Of a DNA stretch of 64,000 bases, positions 51,029 to 62,900 are shown one piece after another. A program made the position numbers and the translations under genes. The notes under the pieces were generated by a model. It was not told the origin of the DNA. It searched no databases and worked only from the letters and a program-made list of their open reading frames with translations. The first letter of the stretch is position 1, and each line of letters opens with the position of its first letter. The DNA comes from Chromera velia. Lineage: Eukaryota. The stretch lies in NCBI GenBank assembly GCA_018398765.1, contig JAHBMJ010000057.1:62001-126000 (forward strand), written 5' to 3'.

Positions 51029-52768
51029 CTCTGAGTAGAAGAGAGAGAAAAAGAGAGGGGGGGAACTCGATCGGAGAAGGGAAGAAAATGAAAGGGGAAG
51101 GGTGGAGAGCGGAATGCATGCCGACGAATCGGGAGATCTTTTTGCATGAATGAATGAGTGAGTGAATGAACGAATGAATGCATGCATGCATGCATGAATG
51201 AATGAATGAATGAAAGAGGGAATGAATGAATGAGAAAATGCATTCCGTTTTTTGTCCTCCTGTCCCTCCCTCCTGCTCTAGACCTCCGACTTTTGAGAAG
51301 TCAAATTATGATCGTCGATCAAATTAAGAGGAGAAAAAGAGAACGGATCGTCATTCAGGAAGGAGAGAGGGTGCAGAAGTAATTGGGTGTGCTGCTGAAG
51401 ATCGAGTGAAAGTTTCACGCAGTGGCAACAGTGTACAGAGAGAGAGAAAAACGGACACACATACGTACTCACGTGCACATTGGAATGAATAAATTCAAAA
51501 ACCGAATTCACTTCGTTGCCCCGCACGGAAATGTATTTACAAGAATAATTTAACATTCCATGCATGCACGCTCATGCATGCGCACAGCTCAATTAATGCT
51601 TGAAAGGACTCTTCGCCTCTTTGTGTCAAAGATGAAAGGGAGAACAAGAAGCAGAGAGGAGCTCAAATAGATGAACGATCGAGAAACTATGGTAGGTAAT
51701 GCATGGAAAGGTCATCTCCCTCGTCTTTTCGCCCTCTCGTACGTCTTTCCGTCAGGCCGTGTTCCAGTAGCCCTCTCAACACGCAACTTTGTCAGCGGCG
51801 CTCTTTTTTATAGAAGTGAAATCGTGGTCTTTCAATCCCAAATGACTTTTTCTTGCTACCAACGCACGCAGTCAGTCAATCACTCACTGGCAAGCCTTCC
51901 TTATCGCTTGTTTGACGGAAAGGTTGCAAGGATGCAGACTAGCATCTGGATGCCATTATTGTATCACTGTCTCTTCATGCCTTCAGTGACTTTTCTTGCC
52001 ACAGTATGTCGATTGATTGGTGGTTTTTTCATACTACTGCTAGAAGTACAGGTCTTATTTAAATATGATTTAAGGACCGTTAGTCATATTGAACTTGATT
52101 GAAGCTCCTACATGAAACAAAGTGCCTTCTGATCATAACCTAGGATCACAACGATTATGATGTTTTATGATCATCATCATCATACGCAATTGTCATTGGC
52201 CCATAACTAAGCATCCAGCCTAGCGTTTAGCGTTTGGCAAGTTGATACAGAAAAAAAGCAACTTATATTATAATTTTTTTTATTTAATGTGTGTCTGTTG
52301 TTGTGTATTAGTAGGTCATTATGCATGCAATACGTTCATATTTGTCAGAGACTATTACCAATTGATTTACCCTATTTATCGATTGGTTCACAGACCGGTA
52401 TTATAATTATTGGCAATATTATTGATTCATTATTTCATTCTATGAAATAAACTGGTCTCTTACTTACTGCACTCTTCAAGTTTGATCTGCTGAAGAGTTA
52501 GCGGTCTTTGCATTGAATACATGAATCCGGTTACGAAGATTGCACGGTTTCTCTGAACATAGCATATGTATAGTATGATATGAATCAACTCACAGCATCT
52601 CATGGTAATCAATTAATTGGCCTCCGGCGCAGTGGCGGTGGTATGCGCGCGGAAAGCTCCTCTTACGTCACAACGTTATCTAGCAACGCCATGCTTTCAA
52701 CATATTTATCTATACTGGGCGTAAACCGTCCTCAACCAGACTAGTATACCCCGTAGTGCTACCGCAGC

Positions 52769-54651
52769 CTAGGCGACGCACAGTGGTAAAAAAAAAAAAA
52801 AAAATCTGAAAACGTCTATTCTTTTTTTTTTTATTATTTAAAATTTTATTGTATATGTAAAAAAAAATAAAGGTTAAATGACTAGCTTCAACTAGAGTTT
52901 GAATCATATCTAGGATCCCAGTTTCACTTTTAGTTTGGTAGACGCTTAAAAAGAGTGACCAAAACTAGCTTCGACTAGAGCTTTGAAATGTATATCGTCC
53001 TAGATATCGTCAAAGAGCCAGTCAAAGAACTTCTCCTCTGTCTGCTCTTCTGTCTGCATCCATGCATCCATCTTTCTTATCACTCTTTGCATAGGACAAA
53101 AGAGAGCCCCCTTTTCCCTTCGCCCACCCGCTCGCCTTCGTCCCTGTAATCCTCTTTTGCGATGGTCACTGCGTGCAGTGCCATACACACAGACTTCATT
53201 CATTTTTCAATTAGCATGAATGGTGAAACGACGGACCGGGTCACTCCCTCTGTCTCCCTCATGATTAGTTTTTTTAACAGACACAGTAAAAAGAACAGAG
53301 AAAAGTCTAGTGACAGTGCAGTTGAACAAGGGAAAAAAGATTGGTTGGTCCATGTTCAACAAAGTCGATGATGGAATGGTGCATCTATGAACCGGTAAGC
53401 TATAAAAATAGTAACTATTTTGACTATTTATACGTTTCAATAATAAATAGTAAAATAGTGAACTATTTACTATTTTATAGAACTAAAATAATTCACTATT
53501 TCAACTATTTTTACAGATAAATTAACACAGCAAATTTTGCTATAAAATAAAAAACTATTTTACTATTTTTACATTCATTTTACATTTTCACTTACTTACT
53601 ATGCACTCTCATCAGAAATAGTCGAAATAGTTGACTATTTTCACTATTTTTTAACTCACATTTCAAGTCCATTTTCACATTGCCAGTGATTTTCATCTGT
53701 CACTGAGTCTTAGTTAAACCAATGTGGAAATGCAAACTCAATCAAAACCATAGGGATCGGTTTCTTTCTTTTCCTTCTCCTTTTCCCCCTCTTTGTCCTC
53801 CCCATCATTTTCACCCTCCTCTCCCTCCAAATAATTAATGCCATATCGATACAAACCCAAACGCCCAAAGCAGGACTTTGTGTAGTCATCCAAAGAGATG
53901 TATAGAGAGACAAGACCGGGCTGAACGAGTTTCTTCTCTCTGCACTTATTGACTGCGTCGTCTCGGGTAAAAATCTCTTCCTCCTCTTCCCTGTCTGTAA
54001 AATGTTTCGACACATGTCCAATCCCCCCGAAGTAGAAGCTCAGAAGCCTCATCAAATCTTTGGTCTTAAACAAGGCATCCCCCACTGACTGTCGTGGACA
54101 AAACAGAGCAGCCCAACATCCAACTGACTGTCGTTTTTAGATAAACGAATTTGTGACATGACCTTGAATGAGCGGCTTTCACTAAGTGACTTCAAAGTTG
54201 ACTCCAGGATTGATTGACACTTCACATTAAAAATAGTTGAAATAGTAAAATAGTACTAGTTGATAGGTTAAAATAGTACAAATAGTCATTTTTTTTACTA
54301 TTTTCACTATTTACTATCTAGTGTTAACTAAAATAGTCAAAATAGTTCACTATTTTTACTATTTTAGTAGTGTGCCGGTTCATAGATGTGAAGACACTAG
54401 TAGAGACACTAGTAGAGACAAACGTACAATAACAAGCAGGACTAGAACTAGGGTTCAAACTAGGGTTGAAAGATGTTTAAAACTTTGAGTTGAGTAATAA
54501 GTTCGCGAGGAAGTTAGTTTAAAAGTACTTCTAAAAGGTGCTCTTCTAGGTGCTCCTAGAGGTGCTCTAGGAAATCTTTCGTAGAAAAAAAGAAAAAAAA
54601 AAAATCTGGAAAGGTCTATTTTTTTTTTTTTTACCACTGTGCGTCGCCTAG
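52769..54651. mobile_element. Non-autonomous TIR DNA transposon with 8-bp target-site duplication
   Basis: TIR CTAGGCGACGCACAGTGGT(A)n at 52769 and its exact reverse complement ending at 54651; ACCGCAGC flanks both ends (52761-52768 and 54652-54659). No transposase ORF. Confidence 0.9.
53382..54388. mobile_element. Nested non-autonomous TIR element with CACTA/EnSpm-like architecture
   Basis: 14-bp TIR CATCTATGAACCGG (53382-53395) and CCGGTTCATAGATG (54375-54388), with TG on both flanks (possible 2-bp TSD). Dense subterminal AAAATAGT/ACTATTTT repeats occur in both orientations at both ends. Confidence 0.8.
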
Positions 54652-55029
54652 ACCGCAGCTCCTAGTACACTGGAAGTCCATCGGATCTCAACTGTACCAC
54701 TGCATAGACAAATTGATAGCATTTGATAGTAAACGTTAGATTTACCCCCTGAGGCAACATGTAATCATTTGGAGTCTCACAGCAGAAATCACTTCACAGT
54801 TTTTACTGGCAGTCACGTATAGTCATGCACATGCAAGCCGATGCAGGCCGGTACAGGTTCAGACACTGCCACCCCCGATCTTGTATTTGCATTCACCCCT
54901 TTACTGCGGCTCTTTAGAAATCCTGCTTTACTCACTGTAACTAAAATATAAATCTGATAAATCAGACTCACACTCGCTTACATACTACTTAGCCCGTATG
55001 GCTGCTCTGGCTTATTACGTCTTTTCCTT

Positions 55030-56200
55030 CTGTTTCTTCTTCTCTTTTATCTCGTACTGGCTTTTCCTTCTCTTGACGCGTTTCTTCATTACTACTCTGT
55101 GCGCTTCATCATCAGACTTGCTGCTGCTGTATGAAAAACCCAAGAAATCAAAATCACTCTTTATTTTCCCCTTTTCCTTCTATCTTAGCGGACAGCGACA
55201 AGACCACTGACCTTTGAGTTGTTGTAGTGGGACCGAGCAACAAGGTACAATCCAGAAACCTTATGAGTGTGGCTGTACTTATTACACTTAGAGTCTGATC
55301 CCTCTGTGCTCACTGGTTTGCCTCTGTTTGAGACTCCATCTCCTTCTGCTTTCGCTTTTCTAATGAGGCCCCCGCTAGAAAACAAACTGGAAGATGACGC
55401 ACGTGCTTTCTGTGCAGTGGACATTTCATCTTCAGAATTCGAATCGTCTAACTCGGTGTCAATAATATCGGGACAAGCGGCACGAATGTCTACCAAATTG
55501 CGGAGCTGCTGGTATGTGATCTTTGTTGTGTCGCCCTTGTATACCCTCGCAGCATTTAGGTAGTAATGGCAAGTACGTTGGGTGCTATTCAGCCTTATGC
55601 TTCATGACTCACTTAAGGGCATCTTGCATTGTCTCGTCATATGCTGCTGTGTCATATGTCATTGCATGCCTTTGCTTGAGTTGCTGTCAACTTGCTGAGC
55701 AATTGTACTATCAAGAAGACCAAAGGCAGCCTTCTGAATCAGCTTTTCCCCTTCCCTGCGCTTCAATCTGTTCACTAGCTTCTTTTCCTCATCTCTCTAT
55801 ACCTACGGTGCTGTGTATGGAGACCATACTGCCCGACAAGCTTGGTAAAGATATCCCCCTCCCTCGTTAATTCCCTTCATAATATTTGTCTTCACGTGTG
55901 TCTCCAACTTTTTGAAACCACCCAGCTCTACGGCATACAGCAGAGCTGCAGTTTCCTACACCGTCTCAAGCTTGCTTGGGTCTGGATAGATTTCGTTCTT
56001 CAGGTACAGATTCGATTTGTTCAAGAACGTCTTCTCTTTGGCAACAAAAACTTCAACCGACTCAATCTTCGAAACCCAGTTAAGAAACGCTGGCCTAGAA
56101 ACATAGATGGAAGGGTTTGCTGTGCATGACTGGCTGCTTGCCACACAGCTAGGCCTGCACTGCAGCCGTAGCTCCCTCTGCCGCAAGCAGGGTTTCTAAG
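55030..56200 (-). pseudogene. Decayed coding relic, possibly retroelement gag-like
   Basis: Stop-ridden protein-like frame (KITYQQLRNLVDIRAACPDIIDTELDDS) with a possible eroded zinc knuckle (SKCNKYSHTHKVS) and a basic tail. The assignment is weak. Confidence 0.3.
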
Positions 56201-56871
56201 AGCATAACATGGGCAACGAGATCATATTGATAGTCCCTTCTTGACTGTGTCAAAGTCTGCTCTTGGTATAACGTCTGTCGCAGGACTGGTTACTATTGTC
56301 ACACATAGAATCTTTAGAAGCGAACCTTCAATACAACCGTAACGACTAAACACAAACTTTAAGTCAAGATCAATGATCATAGAGCTAATGTCAAATATTT
56401 GGACTTCTTGAAATTAGGTTTGAAATAGGGTGCTTAAGACTAAAATAAATTAATTAAGGAGCCCTGTAATTCAGTACTAGGTCCAGTAAGCTGTAAGTCT
56501 TCAAATCATTATCTAATGAGGCCTAGTAGGTTGACTCTCTGGTTGAGTGAAGTCTCAGACTCATAGTGAACAAATTTCTGCAGAACATGCCAGGTTGGCC
56601 AAATTTAGCTAAATTTAAACTAATTTAAACCCAGATGTTTGTTTAGTACCCACCAGCTTTAACCTATCAATCAATCAAACCTTAGAAACCTAGACACATT
56701 ACATGATTTTACATCACACATCATTGTGAAAGCAATATATAAATTTCGTTATAAATTCAATAAACAGATAAATTGGTATATAGTTGAACATTCAGTGTCA
56801 TTCACCGTGACAGTGATACGTATCAAACAGTCATTCTATTTATAGTAACAACAACTCTTAAATACTGCATA

Positions 56872-59327
56872 CTACATCATGTATTGGAACAACTGCTCCA
56901 AACCACCTAGTAGGTCCCGCGCCTCCTCTCCATTCACTGTATCAACAATACACTCACTGCTTTTAACTGCAAAATGTTTGGAGGGCCCTTTGTCCGCTGG
57001 TGCAAGTATCACACCATGGACGGTAACGCCTGTATTCTTCGCATCTTGATCAGCCTGCAATTTCAAAATCGCCTTCTTAAGGCTGCTGACCTTTCCCCGA
57101 GAGCTGCCTCCTGTCACATGAATAAGCACCACGTCAAGCCCGTCCGAGCTGCGAAAAAACATATCCACAGCTGGGTGGGTTGGCCTCCCATGATGACCCC
57201 TCGCCGGCTCTTCCGCATAGTACAAAACGTCCTTCTGACGTCGACTTGGTTGTCAAGGTTGTTCTCGGGAAAGATTCGGCCGGGCTTTACCTCGGTGCAC
57301 TTGAAGAAAAACATGAGTGATGAAAATTCAAGGTGCCCGCACAGAACTGCTTGACAGGCAAGCACCCAAAGGTAGGCCTCCTCCAGCGGTGCACTTAACA
57401 TGAACCTCAAATCATCGTCTACGCTCCCTAACAACCCCCGAAACCGAGAAGCACAGAAACTGTAGACCTTGCGCAACACGGGCCTGTCTTGAGGGGGGAG
57501 AGAACTCAGAAGGTGGGAGACGGAGGCACTGATGTATCCGTTTCGGAGCACCACAAGTTCAGTCAACCCGCGTTTGCCGGACGCTTCCCTGTCAGACATG
57601 CCCAACAAGAGCTCGGCAGCATTAGCGTCGTCACTCTCGTCGCCCCTCTGCTTGATCTCGAGATCGACAGGGCAGGCACGGATGGCGCCCCGCAGCTGCA
57701 TGGCACGGGTCTCCTTCCCCTTCCCGACTCGTACCTGTAAGGGCAGCTTGGCGGCAAGGCGGTTGATAAACTCCTCTACGTCGTCTGGCCTATACCCCGG
57801 CATGTGCAACGCTCCGAGCGCCTTCTTTGCCTCGAGAGCCATGGCAAAGCGCAGCCTTCAGGGTTGCCAACAGGCGCTCCGCGTCACGACGTGCGCGCTT
57901 CAACTGGGGAAAGCGAAGTTGGGGGTACTTTTCGGAAATGGAATGGCGGGTAGCGAGGTAGTCCATCACCTTGTCAACGTCAATGCGGGGAAGGGCAACA
58001 GGATCGCGACTGACCCGAGATGATGATCCCCTTGGTTCTAGAGGGGGCGGTTCGATGTACGTCGCCACGACTCTGGTTCTGCAGGCGAGCACTTCCATGG
58101 CACCTCCGCAGAACCAGGCACCGGGATCATACTCGGCCTCTGTGCGGCGGTGGCACATTCTCCTGTGCTCGTCGACGTGGAGGAGGATCTCGCTGTCCTT
58201 GCCCAAATGGCGGTCCAGCAGTTCGCTCAGAACTTCTTGCGAACGCTCGACTGCCGGAGGATTGTCGTTACGGGGCACCTCGTGTGGGCCTTCCCTGTCC
58301 GGTTCCTCCAGAAGGATTCTCACACACTCGACCGCAAAGGCCGCTCCCTGTTCCTCCGCGACCATAACGTCGTCAGACGGCGTGTAGGGAGATACCTCGA
58401 AATTTCGATCCCCGTTGTTGTCAAAGGCAAGGTAGAGAGAGGTAGTGGGTGAAGTTGCTCTCGAGAAATGCTGGCAAGTCTTTCCTGTTTTTGACGGTGA
58501 GCAAATGTACTTGACAAGGTATCGCTCGCCCCCTCGACGGTGAAGCTGCTTCGCCATGTGCAACAAGTCACCCGATGCACCCCAGTGCGGAAGCTCGTGC
58601 AGCCTAAGCCACCCCCGCTTCGTCTTCCTCCGAGGGAGTGAGGACTTGTAAGTCTCCCAGTCGCGGTACAGCCCCGTGCGGTTATGGAGGTTCAAATCGA
58701 AGTGGTCTTTGAGACGCGCCTCAATGGTCGAATCCACGGTTCCCCCTTGATGCTCCACGCTACTGTGAGAGCAAGAAGTGGGGCGGAAGAGCGATTTCCG
58801 TTGGGGGGATAAGAAGCCCTCAACGGAAGCGGGAAGAACAGCCGGAAGAGCGATTTCCGTTGGGGGGATAAGAAGCCCTCAACGGAAGCGGGAAGAACAG
58901 CCGGAAGAGCGATTTCCGTTGGGGGGATAAGAAGCCCTCAACGGAAGCGGGAAGAACAGCCGGAAGAGCGATTTCCGTTGGGGGGATAAGAAGCCCTCAA
59001 CGGAAGCGGGAAGAACAGCCGGAAGAGCGATTTCCGTTGGGGGGATAAGAAGCCCTCAACGGAAGCGGGAAGAACAGCCGGAAGAGCGATTTCCGTTGGG
59101 GGGATAAGAAGCCCTCAACGGAAGCGGGAAGAACAGCCGGAAGAGCGATTTCCGTTGGGGGGATAAGAAGCCCTCAACGGAAGCGGGAAGAACAGCCGGA
59201 AGAGCGATTTCCGTTGGGGGGATAAGAAGCCCTCAACGGAAGCGGGAAGAACAGCCACGATCGAGCAACAGAACAAGCATCTTTTGTGGTGGTGAATGAA
59301 AAGCACAACTTTGGACAGCATCATCAT
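56872..59327 (-). pseudogene. Intronless frameshifted gene: signal-peptide-like N-terminus + P-loop NTPase + PD-(D/E)XK-like nuclease fold (Crinkler/CR-effector-like architecture)
   Basis: Collinear ORFs 59327-59115, 58758-57790, 57842-57114 and 57225-56872. Walker-A-like YICSPSKTGKT, Walker-B-like ILLHVDEH, and C-terminal THPAVDMFF...VVLIHVTGG. Frameshifts near 57856 and 57230, an apparently compensated pair at ~58440-58480, and an N-terminal repeat expansion. Confidence 0.65.
58785..59256. repeat. Perfect 59-bp tandem repeat, 8 copies
   Basis: GGAAGAGCGATTTCCGTTGGGGGGATAAGAAGCCCTCAACGGAAGCGGGAAGAACAGCC x8 (472 bp), no spacers. Confidence 0.96.
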
Positions 59328-59905
59328 TCTTCAGCCTTAGTACGCCACTGAACTGACTCCCTTGCATGAGCTGAAGAGGTTTGAGGTCTCAATCAAGCCA
59401 AGTCTCCAACTGCGTGTTCAATGGAGGATTAATTGACAAAACATGCACAAAGTTTGTGTACGCCTTTACTCAATACGGAAATTCTTCGCGGCGCGCGATG
59501 CGCGCCCATGTGCACTCTCGTGTATTGATTAATTTTTCTGTATGCATGCATGTGCATGCATGCATGTGCATATATAATATGATGATCATAAAAAATATAT
59601 ATATTCATATACATAATCTATAGCTTCAACCATGCAACTTCACGTCCAACTGCATGCATATACGTCATGATCGATGTCAAAAGAACACGTACTGCAACTG
59701 ACTGCAGAATTTCGAAGGTGTGCTTTTGTGTGTTCATGTCAACGTATGCATGTCCCGACATTGGATAGCTGTGACCGATAGATTGCTCTTCCATCGCGAT
59801 CGCGATCTTCCTGGCTGACTTCTTTTGTGGCCCGACCGGATCCGTTGACCCTTGTCCCGCCAGAGATTCTACCACCAATCAATTAACCCGCAGACTTAGA
59901 AAGAG

Positions 59906-62900
59906 ATGAAGGGTGTGCTTGCTTTTGGCCCTTCGGCCTCGTTGTTTGGCCTGGCTGTATTTTGTTCCTTCGTCTCGCCGGTGTCCTCTCAGTCCCCTCC
60001 TCAAGGAGGCCAGTTGAGGTTCTTCGACCAGTCCCCTTTCGTAAGTGAAATCAGAGGCATTCCCCAGATGGAGGAAGAGGTCTGGAACAACACCCAAACA
60101 GCCACTGTGGTCTTCTTCTACAGCCGTCAGCCAAGCACAATGCATGGATATACATACTTCGTTGATACATAGGTTGTCTGCCTGGTTGGTTGGCCGGCTA
60201 CCCTCCATTCAAGTGTTTTCGTAGCTTCCGCGTTCCACTTACATGAATTCATAAATACGGACACATACATTCAAATATGCATACCTGGCCTGAAATGAAC
60301 GTGCGCCCATGGAATGTTGAGTACAAGAGCTTCTCTTCACATGCTCCCCCACAAACATACGAATACATATACACATACACATGCATGCACTTACATATGA
60401 GGAGACTTCTCTCCCTCACTCATCCAACTTCTTAGCTTAAGTGAGCCCAGAGTTCTCATCTGCAAGTAGACTTTGGGTTCTCCTCCAAGCTTCTCTGCCT
60501 GTATTGCCCGCGTGTGTGTGTCCCGGGCTGCCTCCCTTCCATCCCTCCCTCCCTCCCTCCTTCCTTCCTCTGTCGTCTCATTCATCCTCGTGCTCCAACA
60601 CTCTCTGCCAGGGTCTAAGGCTGCGTGCGTCAGTTTCTTGTGTGAGGTCCGCAGGGACTCACCTGCTGATGTGCTGATACATTCTTCACGTGCACATGGC
60701 CGCGTGTGTTTGTGAACGTTTTTGCAGCCTTTTGTCCCAAATGTATGGGGTTCCGCCGGGTGTTTGAGGAGGCCGCAAAGGCGTTCGAGTCGCAGTACGG
60801 GTTGGACTTTGTTGCCGTGGATTGCCTCTCCGAGCAGCACCTCTGCTTGAGGGCAGGGGCCATGCACTTTCCCTTGGTGGGTGTTTCTGCAGATTTAGTT
60901 GCGTGTATGAGTGGAATCACTGTGTATCGATGCGTTTTCGTGTGTATATGTTTGTTCGTGTCTTTTCAGAAGATTTCAGAGGGTCATTGGCGTTTTTGTA
61001 ATATTTTTGTCCACTTCAATGGAAAGTTCATGACATGTGCATGCGTCATTCATTCGTTTCTTTCTGTTCATGTAAATGCGGCAGGTATGTGTGCGTATCC
61101 GTGTGCGTGTTCTTTTCGTCCTTCCTTGTACCAGCAGATGCATCCAGGTAGGTCTGTATGCTCTGTTCACATACGTACGCGTGCACATTTAAATACCTGC
61201 ATGCAGGTGAGAGCCTTCAACACCCCCAAACTCCAGAAGGCTCTGCCATCATTTTCTTTCATACAGAATGCTTTTTCAGGCACAAATAAAAAAATAAATA
61301 AATACCTGCATGCAGGTGAGAGCCTTCAACACCCCCAAACTCCAGAAGGTTGTGCCAGGCCTCCGCAAGCTCGGAACCCGCATGCCGGTCGATGAGTGGT
61401 TCCCCTGGATGCCCTCCAGAATCGTCAGGTCAGTTTGTTGACGCACGCAAGTTTTGATGCGTCCTTGCGTGCGTCAGATGAGTGGTTCCCCTGGATGCCT
61501 TCCAGAATCGTCAGGTCAGTTTGTTGACGCACGCAAGTTTTGATGAGTGGTTCCTTGCGTGCGTCAGATGAGTGGTTCCCCTGGATGCCCTCCAGAATCG
61601 TCAGGTAGGTCAGTTTGTTGACGCACGCAAGTTTTGATGCGTCCTTGCGTGCGTCAGATGAGTGGTTCCCCTGGATGCCCTCCAGAATCGTCAGGTAGGT
61701 CGGTTTTTTGGTCTGTCTGTCTTTTGGTTGGTTGGTGCGTTTGAACTGCATGCGGTATTGAACTCTACGATTTTTCTTCTGCTGCTGGTGCTCTCGAGAT
61801 GAAGCTTCCGATTCAGCACGCCATTCCACTTCATTAGCAAATTCCCCCCCCCTCCCACTCACCGAGAGAGAAAGGAAAGGGGCAGCGGTGTCCTCCACAT
61901 CTGCACAGACGACCACGGCCGTGCGCCCACCCCGCTATACCTATCTGTCTGTCTGCAGGTGGCTGGTTCAGGACGCGAAACTCCCTTCTCCCCCAGAGGA
62001 ACTGATCGAGACGATGGAGAGGGAATGGGACCCCATGGCAGAGATGGCGGCAGTCTTCGGTCGGTGCATGCATTTATTTTGAAAAAAGAAGGAATTCTGT
62101 ATTTTGAAAAAAGAAGGAATTCTGTATGAAAAGAAAGAATGGGACCCCATGGCAGAGATGGCGGCAGTCTTTGGTCGGTCTTTCTGCATGGTAGTTGTGG
62201 TCGTTCTTTTGGACTGTCCATGTGCATGTACACTTCTTTTGTACTGGGTATTGCAGCTGCTCGTTGTGTGCTCGTTGTGTCTGTTTAGTTCTTTTGGACT
62301 GTCCATGTGCATGTACTTCCATTTATGTCTTTCCACTTTGGGTATGGCAAGGGGCGGAGACGGCTACCTTCAGACCTGCATGGCGATTTCCTCCAGGGGT
62401 TCTCTTATTTCATTTACCTCTCTCTCTCTCTCTCTTGTTTTGTTTGTCTCTCTCTTTTTCTCTCTCTCTCTTTGTCGTTTTGTGTTTTTTCATTTGTGTC
62501 TGTTTGCGCGTGGTGTCTGCAGGTCAGGGCGGCCTGGCCGGACTCGCTGAGTCGGCCGATGAGGCCCATGCTCGGGGCGTGGCTGCTCTTGACGCTTTGG
62601 ACTTGACTCAGCAGAAGAGCATTTCTGTCGGGGACAGTGGGAGAGAGGGGGGGCTGGACTTGAAGAGCGTCCAGGAGACGCTGCACTCACAGCCGAAGGG
62701 GGGGGAGAAGAAGTACGTGCCCCCCTCTAAGTATGTCGGGATTCGGAGTGCACAGGGGAGATGGTCGAATGGGCAGACGGCAGACGACGCGGGGGTGCGC
62801 CTCGCAGACTCACTCAACTTCCTTCAAGTGAGTGAGTGAGTAGCGTGGAGTGCATTCTCAGTGTTTAAATCACGCACATGCATGCGACGTTTCATTTTCC

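Noticed and set aside
52779..52803. V(D)J RSS heptamer CACAGTG / Transib end
   Set aside because: The heptamer is 10 bp inside the terminus, the TSD is 8 bp rather than 5 bp, and the A-run is not a true nonamer.
58785..59256. CRISPR-like array
   Set aside because: Identical head-to-tail 59-bp units with no unique spacers, no cas genes, eukaryotic context.
61391..61698. Repeat-spacer pattern resembling CRISPR
   Set aside because: The repeats are copies of the QSOX exon end and donor, and the spacers are near-identical hairpins.
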